Assembly (NCBI RefSeq): GCF_000150275.1
Contig: NW_002060971.1
Span: 103,212-167,211 of the forward strand
Origin: Trichoplax adhaerens
Lineage: Eukaryota > Animalia > Placozoa
Direction of reading: 5' to 3'
Length of the DNA: 64,000 nt
Shown here: piece by piece, positions 25,718-38,000 of the stretch
Numbering within the stretch: position 1 is the first letter of the stretch
Layout: every line of letters begins with the position of its first letter
Translations under genes and position numbers: made by a program
Notes under the pieces: model-generated
What the model was told of the DNA's origin: nothing
What the model saw: the letters and a program-made list of their open reading frames with translations, nothing else
Databases searched by the model: none

Positions 25718-27181
25718 TTTATAATTGACTTGCAGTAGTTTTGACTGTTGCTGGCTAGCGTAGAGGATGATTTTGTCGTCACAACGACGACGAGGATAGT
25801 GTTGGGACACCTTGTTATTTTGCCTTGTTTGGGATTGGGTGTTGTGATTGTTGCGCGTGATGGACACTTTGGGGCAGTCGAGGAGAGAATCCGTGGAGGT
25901 AATCAAGTCATTCAATTTGATAAAACAGCGTTGTATTAGCATGAAAATATCATCTTGGAAGCAGCAGGATGTACAGTATACCACTGGATACAATGCGGTC
26001 TATTTCTGTATCATTGACGTTGATTGGATAATGTTCAACCAATGGTGGTATCCTACCTACTGTAGTTAGTGGTGCAAGTTGGAGGAGAGAAATTGTCTAG
26101 GGTAAGATTGTATGGTGTCGACGCGGAGAATGAGGGCAAATTTTCACCTTGTATTTTTCCACGCCTTGAATTGAACCTTTTTTTTTTCCCCTTTCCTGTA
26201 ACGTTGAAGACACTCCGAATTGAAACTACAAGCGATCAAGCACAGTACTGATGAATTGATCGTTAACACTACAGTAATAATTAGAATTGGATGAAGATCG
26301 AGAGAATGTAAAGTTAGTCCAATAATAATGAAGCAAGTGCTAACACACAACAGGACATGGGTGATGGAAAATGAGTTTGGAAAAAACGGCTTAACGGTAA
26401 AATTGCATTACTCGACACGGTACAGTACTGTACTCTCTCCTTTGCCGTGTAGAGTGTGCACTGTAAAATGACAGCCTTGATTTACTGTTGTACATGTTAT
26501 ATGGACGTTATGATATTGATTCTTTTGCATGATGATATGGATGAGATCATCATCATTCCTACTATAGACTGTATAGCAAGTGGTAGCCTACTGGCTACAT
26601 GGTGTGCATTTTCAAGTCCATTTTACTTCTTGTGCAAGACTGTACTGTACACTGTACCGGATGGTGTCTATCGCCACTGGCTGTTTGTGCAAGTTTGCTT
26701 TACTCTATCTCCTTGGCTCTCTTTCTACTCTACTTACTGTACACTACTAGTATGCATAGAATAGGCACACAATATGTAGACGAAAGCTGGTTTACATAGC
26801 AAGGGGAAATTTTGCTTTCGCTACTGTTGATACAAAGCAAACGAAAAGTTGCATTCGTCTTGCTATTATCCTTGATTGGCAACAGCAACGACATTGATTG
26901 GTTGTCAAAGTCAATACACATGCTTTGTCAATAAAGACCAATAGAAAGAACGTGACATCATCGTTTAAGTGTTTTCCTATTCAATTTATTAGATACGTTA
27001 TTGTTATAGCGTTTCTTTTCTTCTTTCTATTGTATTCTTTTGTTGATATGATGATGATTGCATTCTTACTTCAATAAGGCACCCGTTCCACTAGACTTGC
27101 TAAAATAAATGGTGCTTGAGTACCCAGTAGTTACTTGCTTGTGGCACCATCAAAAAATATACGACGTGATTATGTCCTTAA

Positions 27182-27728
27182 GTCCTTGAAGTGAATGCAA
27201 TCTTAAGTCCACCGTAATAGCCGCAGTAGTAATCCAATCCAATCTCTATCTTGACTGTAACCAACTACATTGACGTCCTTGAAGTGAATGCAAACCCAAG
27301 TCCATCATGATAGCCGCAGTAGTAATCCAATCCAACCTCTATTTTGACTGTAACCAACTACATTGACGTCCTTGAAGTGAATGCAAACTCAACTTCACCA
27401 TGATAGCCGCAGTGGTAATGGAATCCAACCTCTATTTTGACTGTAACCAACTACATTGACGTCCTGAAGTGAATGCAAACTCAAGTCCACCATGATAGCC
27501 GCAGTAGTAATGGAATCCAACCTCTATTTTGACTGTAACCAACGTCCTCGAAGTGAATGCAGACTTAAGTCCACCGTGATAGCCGCAGTAGTAATCCAAT
27601 CCAACCTCTATTTTGACTGTAACCAACTACATTGACTTCCTGAAGTGAATGCAATCTTAAGTCCACCGTGACAGCCGCAGTAGTAATCCAATCTAACCTC
27701 TATTTTGATTATAAGCAACTACATTGAA
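27182..27728. repeat. Minisatellite, 6 x about 93 bp
   Basis: GTCCTTGAAGTGAATGCAA... units start at 27182, 27275, 27368, 27461, 27544 and 27637; one unit carries an about 10-bp deletion. Confidence 0.95.
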
Positions 27729-29540
27729 GTTTGAAGCATCATCTTCAACGTCAATTCTGATCTACTCTATCAACCAGCCAATTAAAATGCTAATGGATCG
27801 GAAATTTGTCGTGAACATGGAAATCTCCCTAAAAGGTCGACTTTTACCAATCAGGCCATACAGTACATACTATACAAAGTTTCCTGCGTCCGTAAACTGC
27901 CGCAAATGCTACTCTACCATGTTACTACAGAAGTAAAATGATGTACTGTCACTACTGTATGATCTACCGTATATGGAAGTTAGCAAGAGTATGAAAAATA
28001 TTGGTGAGATACCCTGGTAAGGAGGGGAAGTAGAGGCTAAAGATCTTGATGCGTATTTACTACGCTTCTGCGACAGCGATCTTAATCTATAGACCACGAG
28101 CGTATTATTTCTTTGACCAAAGTAGAAGCGCTTAAGCTTTCTCGGCCATCCTCATTGACGGTACTAAATCAACACACATTGGTATTGTATTTGCATATTA
28201 ACAATATCCTAAACATTGCAGAGGACATCTGCGAAGAGTAAAGAAAGTTGTAAAATGCACCCATCGATCAAGGACACTGATAAATGATGTGTACATTAAT
28301 TCAGTCTCTCTGTACTCGTACAGTATGTACACTTGTACAGTATGCTAAATTATACTGTACCGTCTTCTGTCTACAGTACACTGCATGCTGTACAGTACTG
28401 TATACTGTGTCATAGTGTGTATTAGTGTATTGTAACCCCACTACGACTAAACATTTAATCCGATTGAAAGCGCTACATAAAATCCGAAATCCGATCCGAA
28501 AATTGTATAGTGTATACTGTAGGTCAAAGTCACAGACGGAAAGATAAATGCCAACTTGATTTAAATGACAAATCGATCATTCATGCATCATTGATGAGAA
28601 GAGGCTCGATATAGGGATTGTTGAAACGGTGAAAAGACTGGTAATTTGGTAGATTGCAATTTTGGCATTTTAAGTTGCCCTTAATAAAATTATATTTACC
28701 CTCGAAAACGCTGCTATAAACAACTACGAGTTGTTGTGTAGCTGTACTTTCTGTTCATCAACGATTGCTATGAGGTATGTAGCGGCTAGTCAGAATGCGC
28801 ACCATTTTCTAATGTAGTAATAGGAATGCCGCTCCATTTCTGCTTACAGAGATGACACAGTAAGTTAGAATATTGACTATGCGATACTCTTGGAGATTCA
28901 GTAAAAAATGAAATATCAGTACATCGTTATGTTATCAATTGACTTGATCTTCCTTTTTATAGCATAACCTAGAAAACTGCCTGGATACGGGTATGTTGAG
29001 CAGCCCTTGATGGTTTACCGTATTTGGAATATCAATCTGCCATACTATTGGGAGGTAAATCTTCGTACGATCGCGTATAATGCTGTACATACTAGCTTAA
29101 TTTTCTGTCGCTTCCCCAACACAGATACTGTACCATGCGTGGTATGTGTAAATGTGGTAGCCCCTTCTGTTAATACCCGATAATCTACATTTATAGAATA
29201 TACTCGTAGTTGTACGGGTAAAGCAAAGTCAGCAATGCCTTATTGGAAAATTTGAATCAAGAAAACGTACAGCATTTGTCATGACAGCATGATCGTTTGT
29301 GGATATTGAGTGTGCGTTGTGGACTATTGGCAAAAGTGCGATATATTGTATGCATGATGCAGTTGTTATACTCCACCATGGACACTGTGTCAGATTTGGC
29401 AACTGCTGGAAGTGAAGATATCCATGGCACCATCGCATGGGATGCTGTACTTGTGTCCTATTCATGTAAAAAGTTGCAGCAACTTGTTTGACTTTAAATT
29501 ACACGTATTCTCTATCTGTCCTGTACTGTTTCTATCTGAC

Positions 29541-29982
29541 TGTCACAAACCAGCTTCGTGACAAGGATAACGTAAAACAAATCTCTTTATTACTATAGTC
29601 TCCGGGATTCAGTATCCCTTAACTACCTCACAAGAATTTAGACGCCTTTAATTCTACGTTAAACTCAACTAGACAATTGAGAACTGCTTTATTCAACTAT
29701 CTGACGGGCTTATATACCCTTCTACAGCAGCTAACATTCACAAGTCATCTTATAAAAATACTTGGGTGAGAACATCTACTAACTAGTTTTTCACAGTCGG
29801 ACTACAATATGTCCATTCACAGAATCATTTCAGTACACATTACAGCACAGCATTAAATTTACTGTAACACATTTATAATTAGAGTAATTCCTATTGCAAG
29901 GAACTAGATGTAATATATTATCACTATATTATATTAACCAAATTTAGATAGCTATTTCTTCACGGTAGTTCGTACCATGACA
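29541..29982 (-). mobile_element. Solo LTR of an LTR retrotransposon (442 bp) with a 5-bp target-site duplication
   Basis: Begins TGTCA and ends TGACA; flanked by the direct repeat CTGAC (29536-29540 and 29983-29987). On the minus strand a TATA-like GTATATAAG (29717-29709) precedes AATAAA signals (29693-29688 and 29591-29586). No coding capacity. Confidence 0.68.
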
Positions 29983-30327
29983 CTGACATAGTCTATTTTA
30001 GTACTGTAAGTCAACAATATAGGGCTTTTGTACAATAGAGATTGTTGTAATTAGAGACGCAGCTGCTCTCGCGGAAGAGATGTCGTAAAGTTATGCTTGC
30101 TATACTTGTAGGCAAAAGTATCCTCTACGTGTCTAATTACTGCACTGTAAAGAAAGAACAATCAGCTTGCAAACGAGTTTGAAGAAGGATTGACTTTGTT
30201 CTTGTTATTTGCTCATTACAGCAACTAGAAGTAAGGGGATGGAATGATTTATTCCTTTACTTCCTGCCGGAACTAGTGTGGGCTGTATTATTGCTATATT
30301 ACATTTTATTCATTATTAATTAAGGCT

Positions 30328-30910
30328 ATTTGCACATATATCAGCGAACAAAACCCTTTCGTCACTGCACATACTGTCATGCCACCTAAGCATGTTGTTG
30401 TCCAGTATTCTTTGGCATTCATTCTACGATTTCTACCCATGGTATTATTGTAGCGTACTACCGTCCGGGTAGATTGATGTATTTGCATATGTATCCGCGA
30501 AGAAAACTCCTTCGTCACTGCACATACTGTGATGCAACCTAAGCATGTTGTAGTCCAATGTCCATTATTCTTTGGCATTGATTCTATTCTAGCAATAGTA
30601 TTATTGAGGCGTACTACCGTCCGGGTAGATTGATGTATTTGCGTATTTGCATAGTGTGATGCAACCTAAGCATGTTGTTGTCCAGTATTCTTTGGCATTC
30701 ATTCTACGATTTCTGCCCATGGCATTATTGTAGCGTACTACCGTCCGGGTAGATTGATGTACAGTATTTGCATATGTATCCGCGAAGAAAACCCCTTCGT
30801 TACGGCATATACTGTCTTGCAAGCTAAGCATGATGTCCTGTATTCTTTGGCATTGATTCTATTCTAGCAATGGTATTCTTGTAGCGTACTACCATCCGCG
30901 TCGATTGATG
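30328..30910. repeat. Tandem repeat, 4 units of about 125-155 bp with two alternating variants
   Basis: CTAAGCATG...TTCTTTGGCATT...GCGTACTACCGTCCGGGTAGATTGATGT recurs four times. Units 1 and 3 carry CATTCTACGATTTCT; units 2 and 4 carry GATTCTATTCTAGCAAT. Confidence 0.9.
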
Positions 30911-32527
30911 TCACGACCAGCTGTAGCATATCACATGAAGTATGGGTATTTTGGGTTGTCAGCAAAGATTGGGTCAAAATGTTGAGCATTTTCAAATGAT
31001 AATGCAATTTAAGAACACACTATGGAAGTGCTCTACTGTAAAAAGGGTTGTGGAAATGAAATTCAATTCAATTAATGGGGTTAGTTGAGTGATGGACGAC
31101 TAGAAATACGATTTGATTTCTAGTCTGCTAATATGGTTGATCTGCTCGAGTTCCAATATTCACAGTGTACTGGTACAAGGCTTGTGTTTTGCACCTCCGT
31201 CCTGACACTGTCAATATACTGTACAGTACTGTATGGTACTTTTTAAGTACTGTAGTTTTCAAAATAACGGTTTGCAGTAGAACTTGAATTATGGAGAAAT
31301 CAGATATCGTACGTGAATTCTGCCAATGGATTCTAATAATTTAACTCTTCCTCTATCGACTGATATGTATCTTATTGAAAATGGACAAAAATTTCAATTT
31401 TTTATTTTTAAAATTTAAAATTTATCGGGAAAAAGTTCTGGGACAACTTGTACAGTACATAGTACTATATTCGGCCGTACTGTACACTGTCAATATACAG
31501 TACTGTACTGTAGTGTACAGTACAGTACAGTACTAGTCTTCCTACCGTACTGTATACTGTCAACATACAGTACACAGTACTGTACGGGCAGTCGCTGCCA
31601 GTTTTGCGCAAAATCAACCAAGCAAAATGATCGGTGTGCGCCTGACCGACATCGGCCCTGAGCAGGCGCTTTAGCGGCACTTTTCGGACATGAAATGACT
31701 TGGCTGTCTAGTAGACGCTTAATGCATAGGCCGCGGTCTACTCAAATTGTACTGCAAGTGCTGTTGTACTGCTGTCGTCTTGATGATGGTCGCCTACTAT
31801 GCTCCAAGTTGGACGACTGATGAGGTTATTCGTCATTTTCATTGCATGTAGTGGAAAAGGAAGTTGATTTTGGTAGAAGGTTGGATGGCTACCGTTGTAG
31901 TAGAATGATGGGCAAAGTGACAAGCCTATGTTACTGTATTTTGCATTGAACAGGCCGTTTGCTGTCCCTAGCTTTCTTGCCACCCGTCAATGAAGGAGAC
32001 GATGGCAAAATTGGAACGCAAAGGTTGTTATGGCGTCATTCTGACTGATGGAGTACTGTACTGTGGTAAAAAAAAAAAAGAGAGAGAGAGAGACAAGCAG
32101 CTCTACTCGATACAGTACTACATCTGCATGTTTAGCATTTACCGAGAAAGAAATGTTCATCATAACGGATGGCCCCAATACAGGACAGTGGACGGTCATT
32201 TGTTGTACTGTCCTCCAAAAATCAAACTCAATTCAACAGACCCCCTAATAAAATGACTGTCCACTGCGATAGACATCCGATCCAACATCGAGCAATCACA
32301 GATCAATTGCACTCGACTGGTGTTGATGCTATACTGGAATGGAGACAGACAGTAGTATCTCCATCCATATTTGACCTTGTTTTTGTACTGGATACCAGAT
32401 ACAACTTAGGGTCTGTAGGCGCACTGCAATCCAATGCAAAAGCTTGACACACTGTAAAAATAGAATTCAATCAGGCACAAGGACAGTTGAACTGGTAGGA
32501 ACTGGATAGGGTGTACTGCAAACAGCC

Positions 32528-32834
32528 GTAATCCATCATGTTATTGCCAATTTAGTCGTTGCAGTCCATCTGGTAGGACTACATCCATGCTAGGGTGTAG
32601 AGACTGCAAATAGCAGTAATCCATCATGTTATTGCCAATTTAGTCGCTGCAGTCCATCTGGTAGGACTACATCCATGCTAAGGTGTAGAGACTGCAACTA
32701 ACAGTAATCCATCATGTTATTGCCAATTTAGTCGCTGCAGTCCATCTGGTAGGACTACATCCTTGCATAGGGTGTAGAGACTGCAAATAACAGTAATCCA
32801 TCATGTTATTGCCAATTTAGTCGCTGCAGTCCAT
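32528..32834. repeat. Minisatellite, about 3.5 x 88 bp
   Basis: GTAATCCATCATGTTATTGCCAATTTAGTCG... starts at 32528, 32616, 32704 and 32793. Confidence 0.95.
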
Positions 32835-33589
32835 GCAACTTCTTTCCACCATTGCCAGCGATGCCATTTCAATGTTGACTGTATCATAGTGTCCAATGGC
32901 TATACAATAGGCTTGCAAGGCAGGAGAGCCATACAACCTTCAAATGATTAGGATGACAATGATTGTTGTTATTGGGCCAAAAGCCAATCATTGAAATCAT
33001 TAGTATCCAAACAACAAGAAAAACAAGTGCCATTGCATTCAAATGATGGAAAAGAGCAAACAACGGACATCCAGACTGTAGGATTGCATTGATGACAGCG
33101 TCTAATTGTCTGTTTAGTATACACAAGACAACTTGGGCCAGTTCATCATAGCTATTGTATTTTGGGGGCATAATATTAACAAGTGATGAGAAATCGTCGA
33201 CTCTATTATTGGCCACAGGAGTTTTGTTGTGCATCTAAATTAGCTCTTCTATTGCTCATCGGCTCAATATTGATTGATAATAAGAGTGGCATCGCAAGAC
33301 TGCAACGTCTTTGTCCAATCTACCATTGCAGGTAAGATGAACACGATTGCAATTTGCAAATACGATCATCATGGCGACGGTGTCGGAGACGATCGATCGA
33401 TGGGTTATTTATTTTTTTCTCTTCATCGCGTATTTTGTTGGCGTGGCCTGGCCCCCCCTTTTCCCAATTGCTACTGTAGTTCATGTCCAGGATGCTAATC
33501 TAATTCTAGCGTTGTTGATGCTCTTTCATAGCATGGCCAGAAGAGTACAATAACAGCACTGTCGGCCAGAAAAATCCATTCCTCTGTCG

Positions 33590-33760
33590 ATCATTTTCTC
33601 CTCCATTTCTGGCCATCATTTTCTGCTTCATTTCTGGCCATCATTTTCTCCTCCATTTCTGGCCATCATTTTCTACTCTATTCCTAGCCATCATTTTCTA
33701 CTCTATTCCTAGCCATCATTTTCTACTCTATTCCTAGCCATCATTTTCTACTCCATTCCA
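33590..33760. repeat. Minisatellite, about 7 x 25 bp
   Basis: (CCATCATTTTCTNCTCYATTYCTRG)n; the left copies end TTTCTGG and the right copies end TTCCTAG. Confidence 0.92.
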
Positions 33761-35069
33761 TACCTAGCTGTCAGCCAGTGGAGCATTTTCATCGACGATC
33801 AACGTTCCATCATCACCTAGTCGTGGAGAGATACATGAGCGCAGGTTGAGGACTAATCCCATCCAACCACTGTCTTGATGCAGGAGTTGCTTGCTTGGTA
33901 TCCATTCAAGGACACGGTAGACGGCATTCAATCAGCCGAGATAAACTAGTTTGTGCAGTATCGATGCAAGACGACTACATCCCATACAGGTCGATAAGAT
34001 GGACAATCATCAACATAATCCATCCTTCTCTACAATGGAAATGGCTATGAGAAAAAGAGTGCAAGACGATTGATGGCCTTGCATAGCTCCGACATGGGAT
34101 GAATGCCTCCGCGTAGTCATGATCCAAAACTAGCTAACATTCGAGTTCTTCCCTTTCTTCCATCCATTCCAACTGGACATCGTTTCAGCACATCAACAAT
34201 AACCAAGTTGTTCTATTTGATCGGCCATCATGTTCAAGTTGGAAAATGAATTCATGCCAATTTCCACTCTATTCCAGCATCGATCGATCGGCTTACCCTT
34301 TTTACTGCACTTCTCGTCCATTTGCATCAACGTTTTTGCCTACTTTTCTCATCAAGATGTTTTGCCCATAGTAGCGTTTGTCTCTATTTGCTCCCCTAGG
34401 CGTGTCAAATCTTTTCTTTTTTTGCGCTGTTGTTGTCTACCACATGAAATCAACATCAAGAGACGATCATGTTGGCCATGGCGAATCGTCTATCGTACTT
34501 ATCATGATTGCATCCTAGTTTTCAATCGCACAAGCAAACGATATTATCCATCTTCTCGACCATTGCAATTCAACCTCATTTCTACCTGTGGCCCTTCAAA
34601 ATAGTATCAAGTCTCACATTTTAATTTGAGGTTAATGACGTTGTCATATAATGTGCCGCTTCATCAGTTCATAACGGAAGATTTTCAATCATTTTCTTAT
34701 TAAATAGTCAATTAATATCAAGGTCTATAGGATCAACCTGTAATGAACTAACTTCACGCCGTCCACTCTTTTTTAGTTTACATAGTCCATCTTGATTTTT
34801 GAATCAATCTCTTTTACTGCGCTATACGATGCCAAATCATCGTCATGATGCTATCCCATCGAGTTAGTCCGCTACCCACGTAGTGAATTTTTTTTTTTTC
34901 TTTTAATGGGGGGGGGGGGGCTTGCTATCCATTCCATTCTATAGCAATAAATAAAATGTCTCCATATTGAAATGGATGATAAAAAAATTGATTGAGCTTG
35001 TATCATTTTCCATCTTAGGCTATTCAAGTCGTTTTAGCGATCAGCAAGTTCCAGCAGCGATAAGAATTC

Positions 35070-38000
35070 ATGGCTTATTCCAAAGGCACAACTCGGCTGC
35101 GTGTTCATGACGTTCCCAAAAAACTCCAAGATGGATCCCCTTTTGCCTTACTGGATGAGGTTAGCGATCGCCTATCTAGTTGATCATGTTTGGCTATTTT
35201 TTTTACCCCATTCTATCACAACGCCGCTTATTATTCATGACAACAACGTAGTAGTTTTGCAAATTGAATACATATGTAATTACGAATCATCACTTATCGC
35301 TTTTCCATAACAACATCCAGTAGAAAAGAGTAGGAGAACAACTTGACAGCATAGTCGATGTTGAACAAGTCATGTCTTAAAAATGCTTCATTCAGATCGC
35401 TCCATTGGATCACACTGTTTCTTTCTAATCCATTGCTTTCCTTCGTCAAAAATGGATGGAACAGATCGTTTTTTTTCTCATGCCTTATACTGTACAATGG
35501 ACTATTATGCATTCAATGAGGCGTTACTTTACTCTAGCCACGTATTTTATACGTTGCCGCCTGAAATTGCAATGGACTAAATTAAAAGTTGTTTAAATTC
35601 CTTGATCTAACTTTCAAAATAGCAATACTACCGTACAACGGGCTATACTCTGACAACAGTCTATCCACCGAGTAAGACGGTATTACAAGATTGATGAACT
35701 TGATAAAATCATCCATCCAAAAGGGCTTGCTTGTTGTCACTTTCGACTTCTTCATGCCCTATTTGGTATATTAAAGCTGCAAAGTAACTTATTGATCCTT
35801 TGATGACGAAAATAGACTTGTATACTGTATTGGCGTTCTTGGAGAGTCCCCAAAATCAATCTACCAGATAACCTCTACACTATTGTCGTCTTTAACTTCT
35901 CTAACCAACGCTGTAGGATACCGTACAAAAATAATCTTCTTTTTTTCTTTGGGGGTGGATGGCACGATATCCCCAACCTAATTGGTAATTACATTAAGCT
36001 GTAATCCATTTTTTACTACATGCTCGTATACAGTACATTAGTCAATCAAGGTAGAATGGACAATAAGTAGTCGTGATATGAAATTGATATACTGTCATAG
36101 GTGGATGCATTTTGCTATTCTATTCGTTCTATTATCACACAACTTGGACGCCATGCTATCGATAGAGACTTGAACATGAATGATCGTCTTGTCTTTTTAC
36201 ATATTCACCACGAGACCGATAAACTACGCCAAGTTGTATGGTAGTGAATAAAATATGTACATCAAATATGAAATTGATATACTGCAATAGGTGGATGCAT
36301 TTTGCTATTCTATTCGTTCTATTATCACATAACTTGGACGCCATGCTATCGAAAGAGACTTGAACATGAATGATCGTCTTCTCTTTTTACATATTTACCA
36401 TGAGACCGATATACTACGCCAAGTTGTATGGTAGTCTTGGTAGAGAATAAAATATGTACATCAAGCTTTGCCTAATTACTACATCAATGAGAATGCAATA
36501 TAATCGTCATTATTATTATTTCTACAATTTACGTCAGGGTTAGAAGAGTTTACCATTGAATCTATATCGACTAGTCTTAGCCTGTTTCATCATAATTCTA
36601 GTCCATTCTTCTCCAATAGTAATCAAAAATGACTTGCAATGGTGCAATAAATGGAATCGCTATACTGTTGAATAGCCATTTGTTAAGAGGGATCGAAATA
36701 ATTGCCAGTATACGCGTAGGTCCACTTTGCTAGTAATCGATTATTTGTTCTCCTTGTATTTAAAAGAATCATCATAAAGTAGTCCTGCTGCATCATCATT
36801 AGAAAGGCTAATTGTCCTAGTTTATCCTCAAACTGATACTATACAATATCCCCATCATGATCGTCGTTGTATACCTACATTCACTGTATTATATACCATA
36901 GATTGATCAAGAATTTCTCCGTTGTTAATCATAACGAGGAGAGACGTAACTTTACCGATAGGTCAATTAGTTTATTCTACTAAGTAATTGGTCAAGGTAA
37001 CTGTCGACCACAATTTATACAATTATGGACTGTTCGGTAGAGAGATGCATCTGTTGATGTTGTATCTATCTCCTACTGCGCTCTACAAAATTACATCTCT
37101 CGATCCTATTGAAAATTCATCCATAAGACATGCCACCTATGATTGCTGTTGGGCCTGGCTTATTCATGGCCTCAATGAACTACTATACTGTATAATAATT
37201 GTAAAATTGATCTTTTTTATTTTGGCCCTTATAGTCAACTAATAATCAAAGTCGAAACTTAACCCTACTTTAACGCGATCATTTTGAATACAGTCCAAGA
37301 TCTACTTATGAATTATTATTGATTCGCATTCCTCGTCATTCTTGTCGGGTGCTACTACATCGCCATTCGTTATTCTTAATTTCTTCACTTCTGAACTTGT
37401 ATACTATGATAAGATTCGAAATCAGTTAGAAGGAGAATTTCCTTCAAGAGAAGAAGAAAAATATCCTTATCAAGTTTACACTAGTGCATACTAGGTGTTG
37501 ATCCAAAAAATCATGATTCCATTCAGATAATATACAACTGGACAATCTATCATCCACTTCCAATTGAAAATTCCATTTTTTCTCATAGTCAAAATACACC
37601 ATCATATCGTCTTGAAGTATTCCACTTCTCCATAGCACTAGATATAGATCTATCATTTATTAATTAGAACTCATATTAATAATTACTCATTCATTATTTT
37701 AAAAGCATATATACATCTTTCCACTGTCTTTGAGTAGTAGTCATCTACACTGACTATCTATCCAATCGTACTTCAATTCTCGTTAGTCATAATTATTTAA
37801 CGAAACTAATCTCCACTAATAACTACATTCTACTACTTCAATCTTGTACGACTACACTCAAATGGAAACATCACATTAGAGTGGATATCATGTCACAAGT
37901 TTGTTCTCTCCATTTCCACGATTATGGCCTTGTTTAATCCATGCCAACCCTTTCTACATTCGCCACTGAAGTTAGATAGAAACGAGAAATAAATAGCCAA

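Noticed and set aside
27182-27728. 93-bp array as a CRISPR-like array or coding repeat (ORF 27432-27626, YYCGYHGG)
   Set aside because: There are no unique spacers. Full-length units contain an in-frame TAG, some carry 1-bp indels, and the ORF exists only across the deleted unit.
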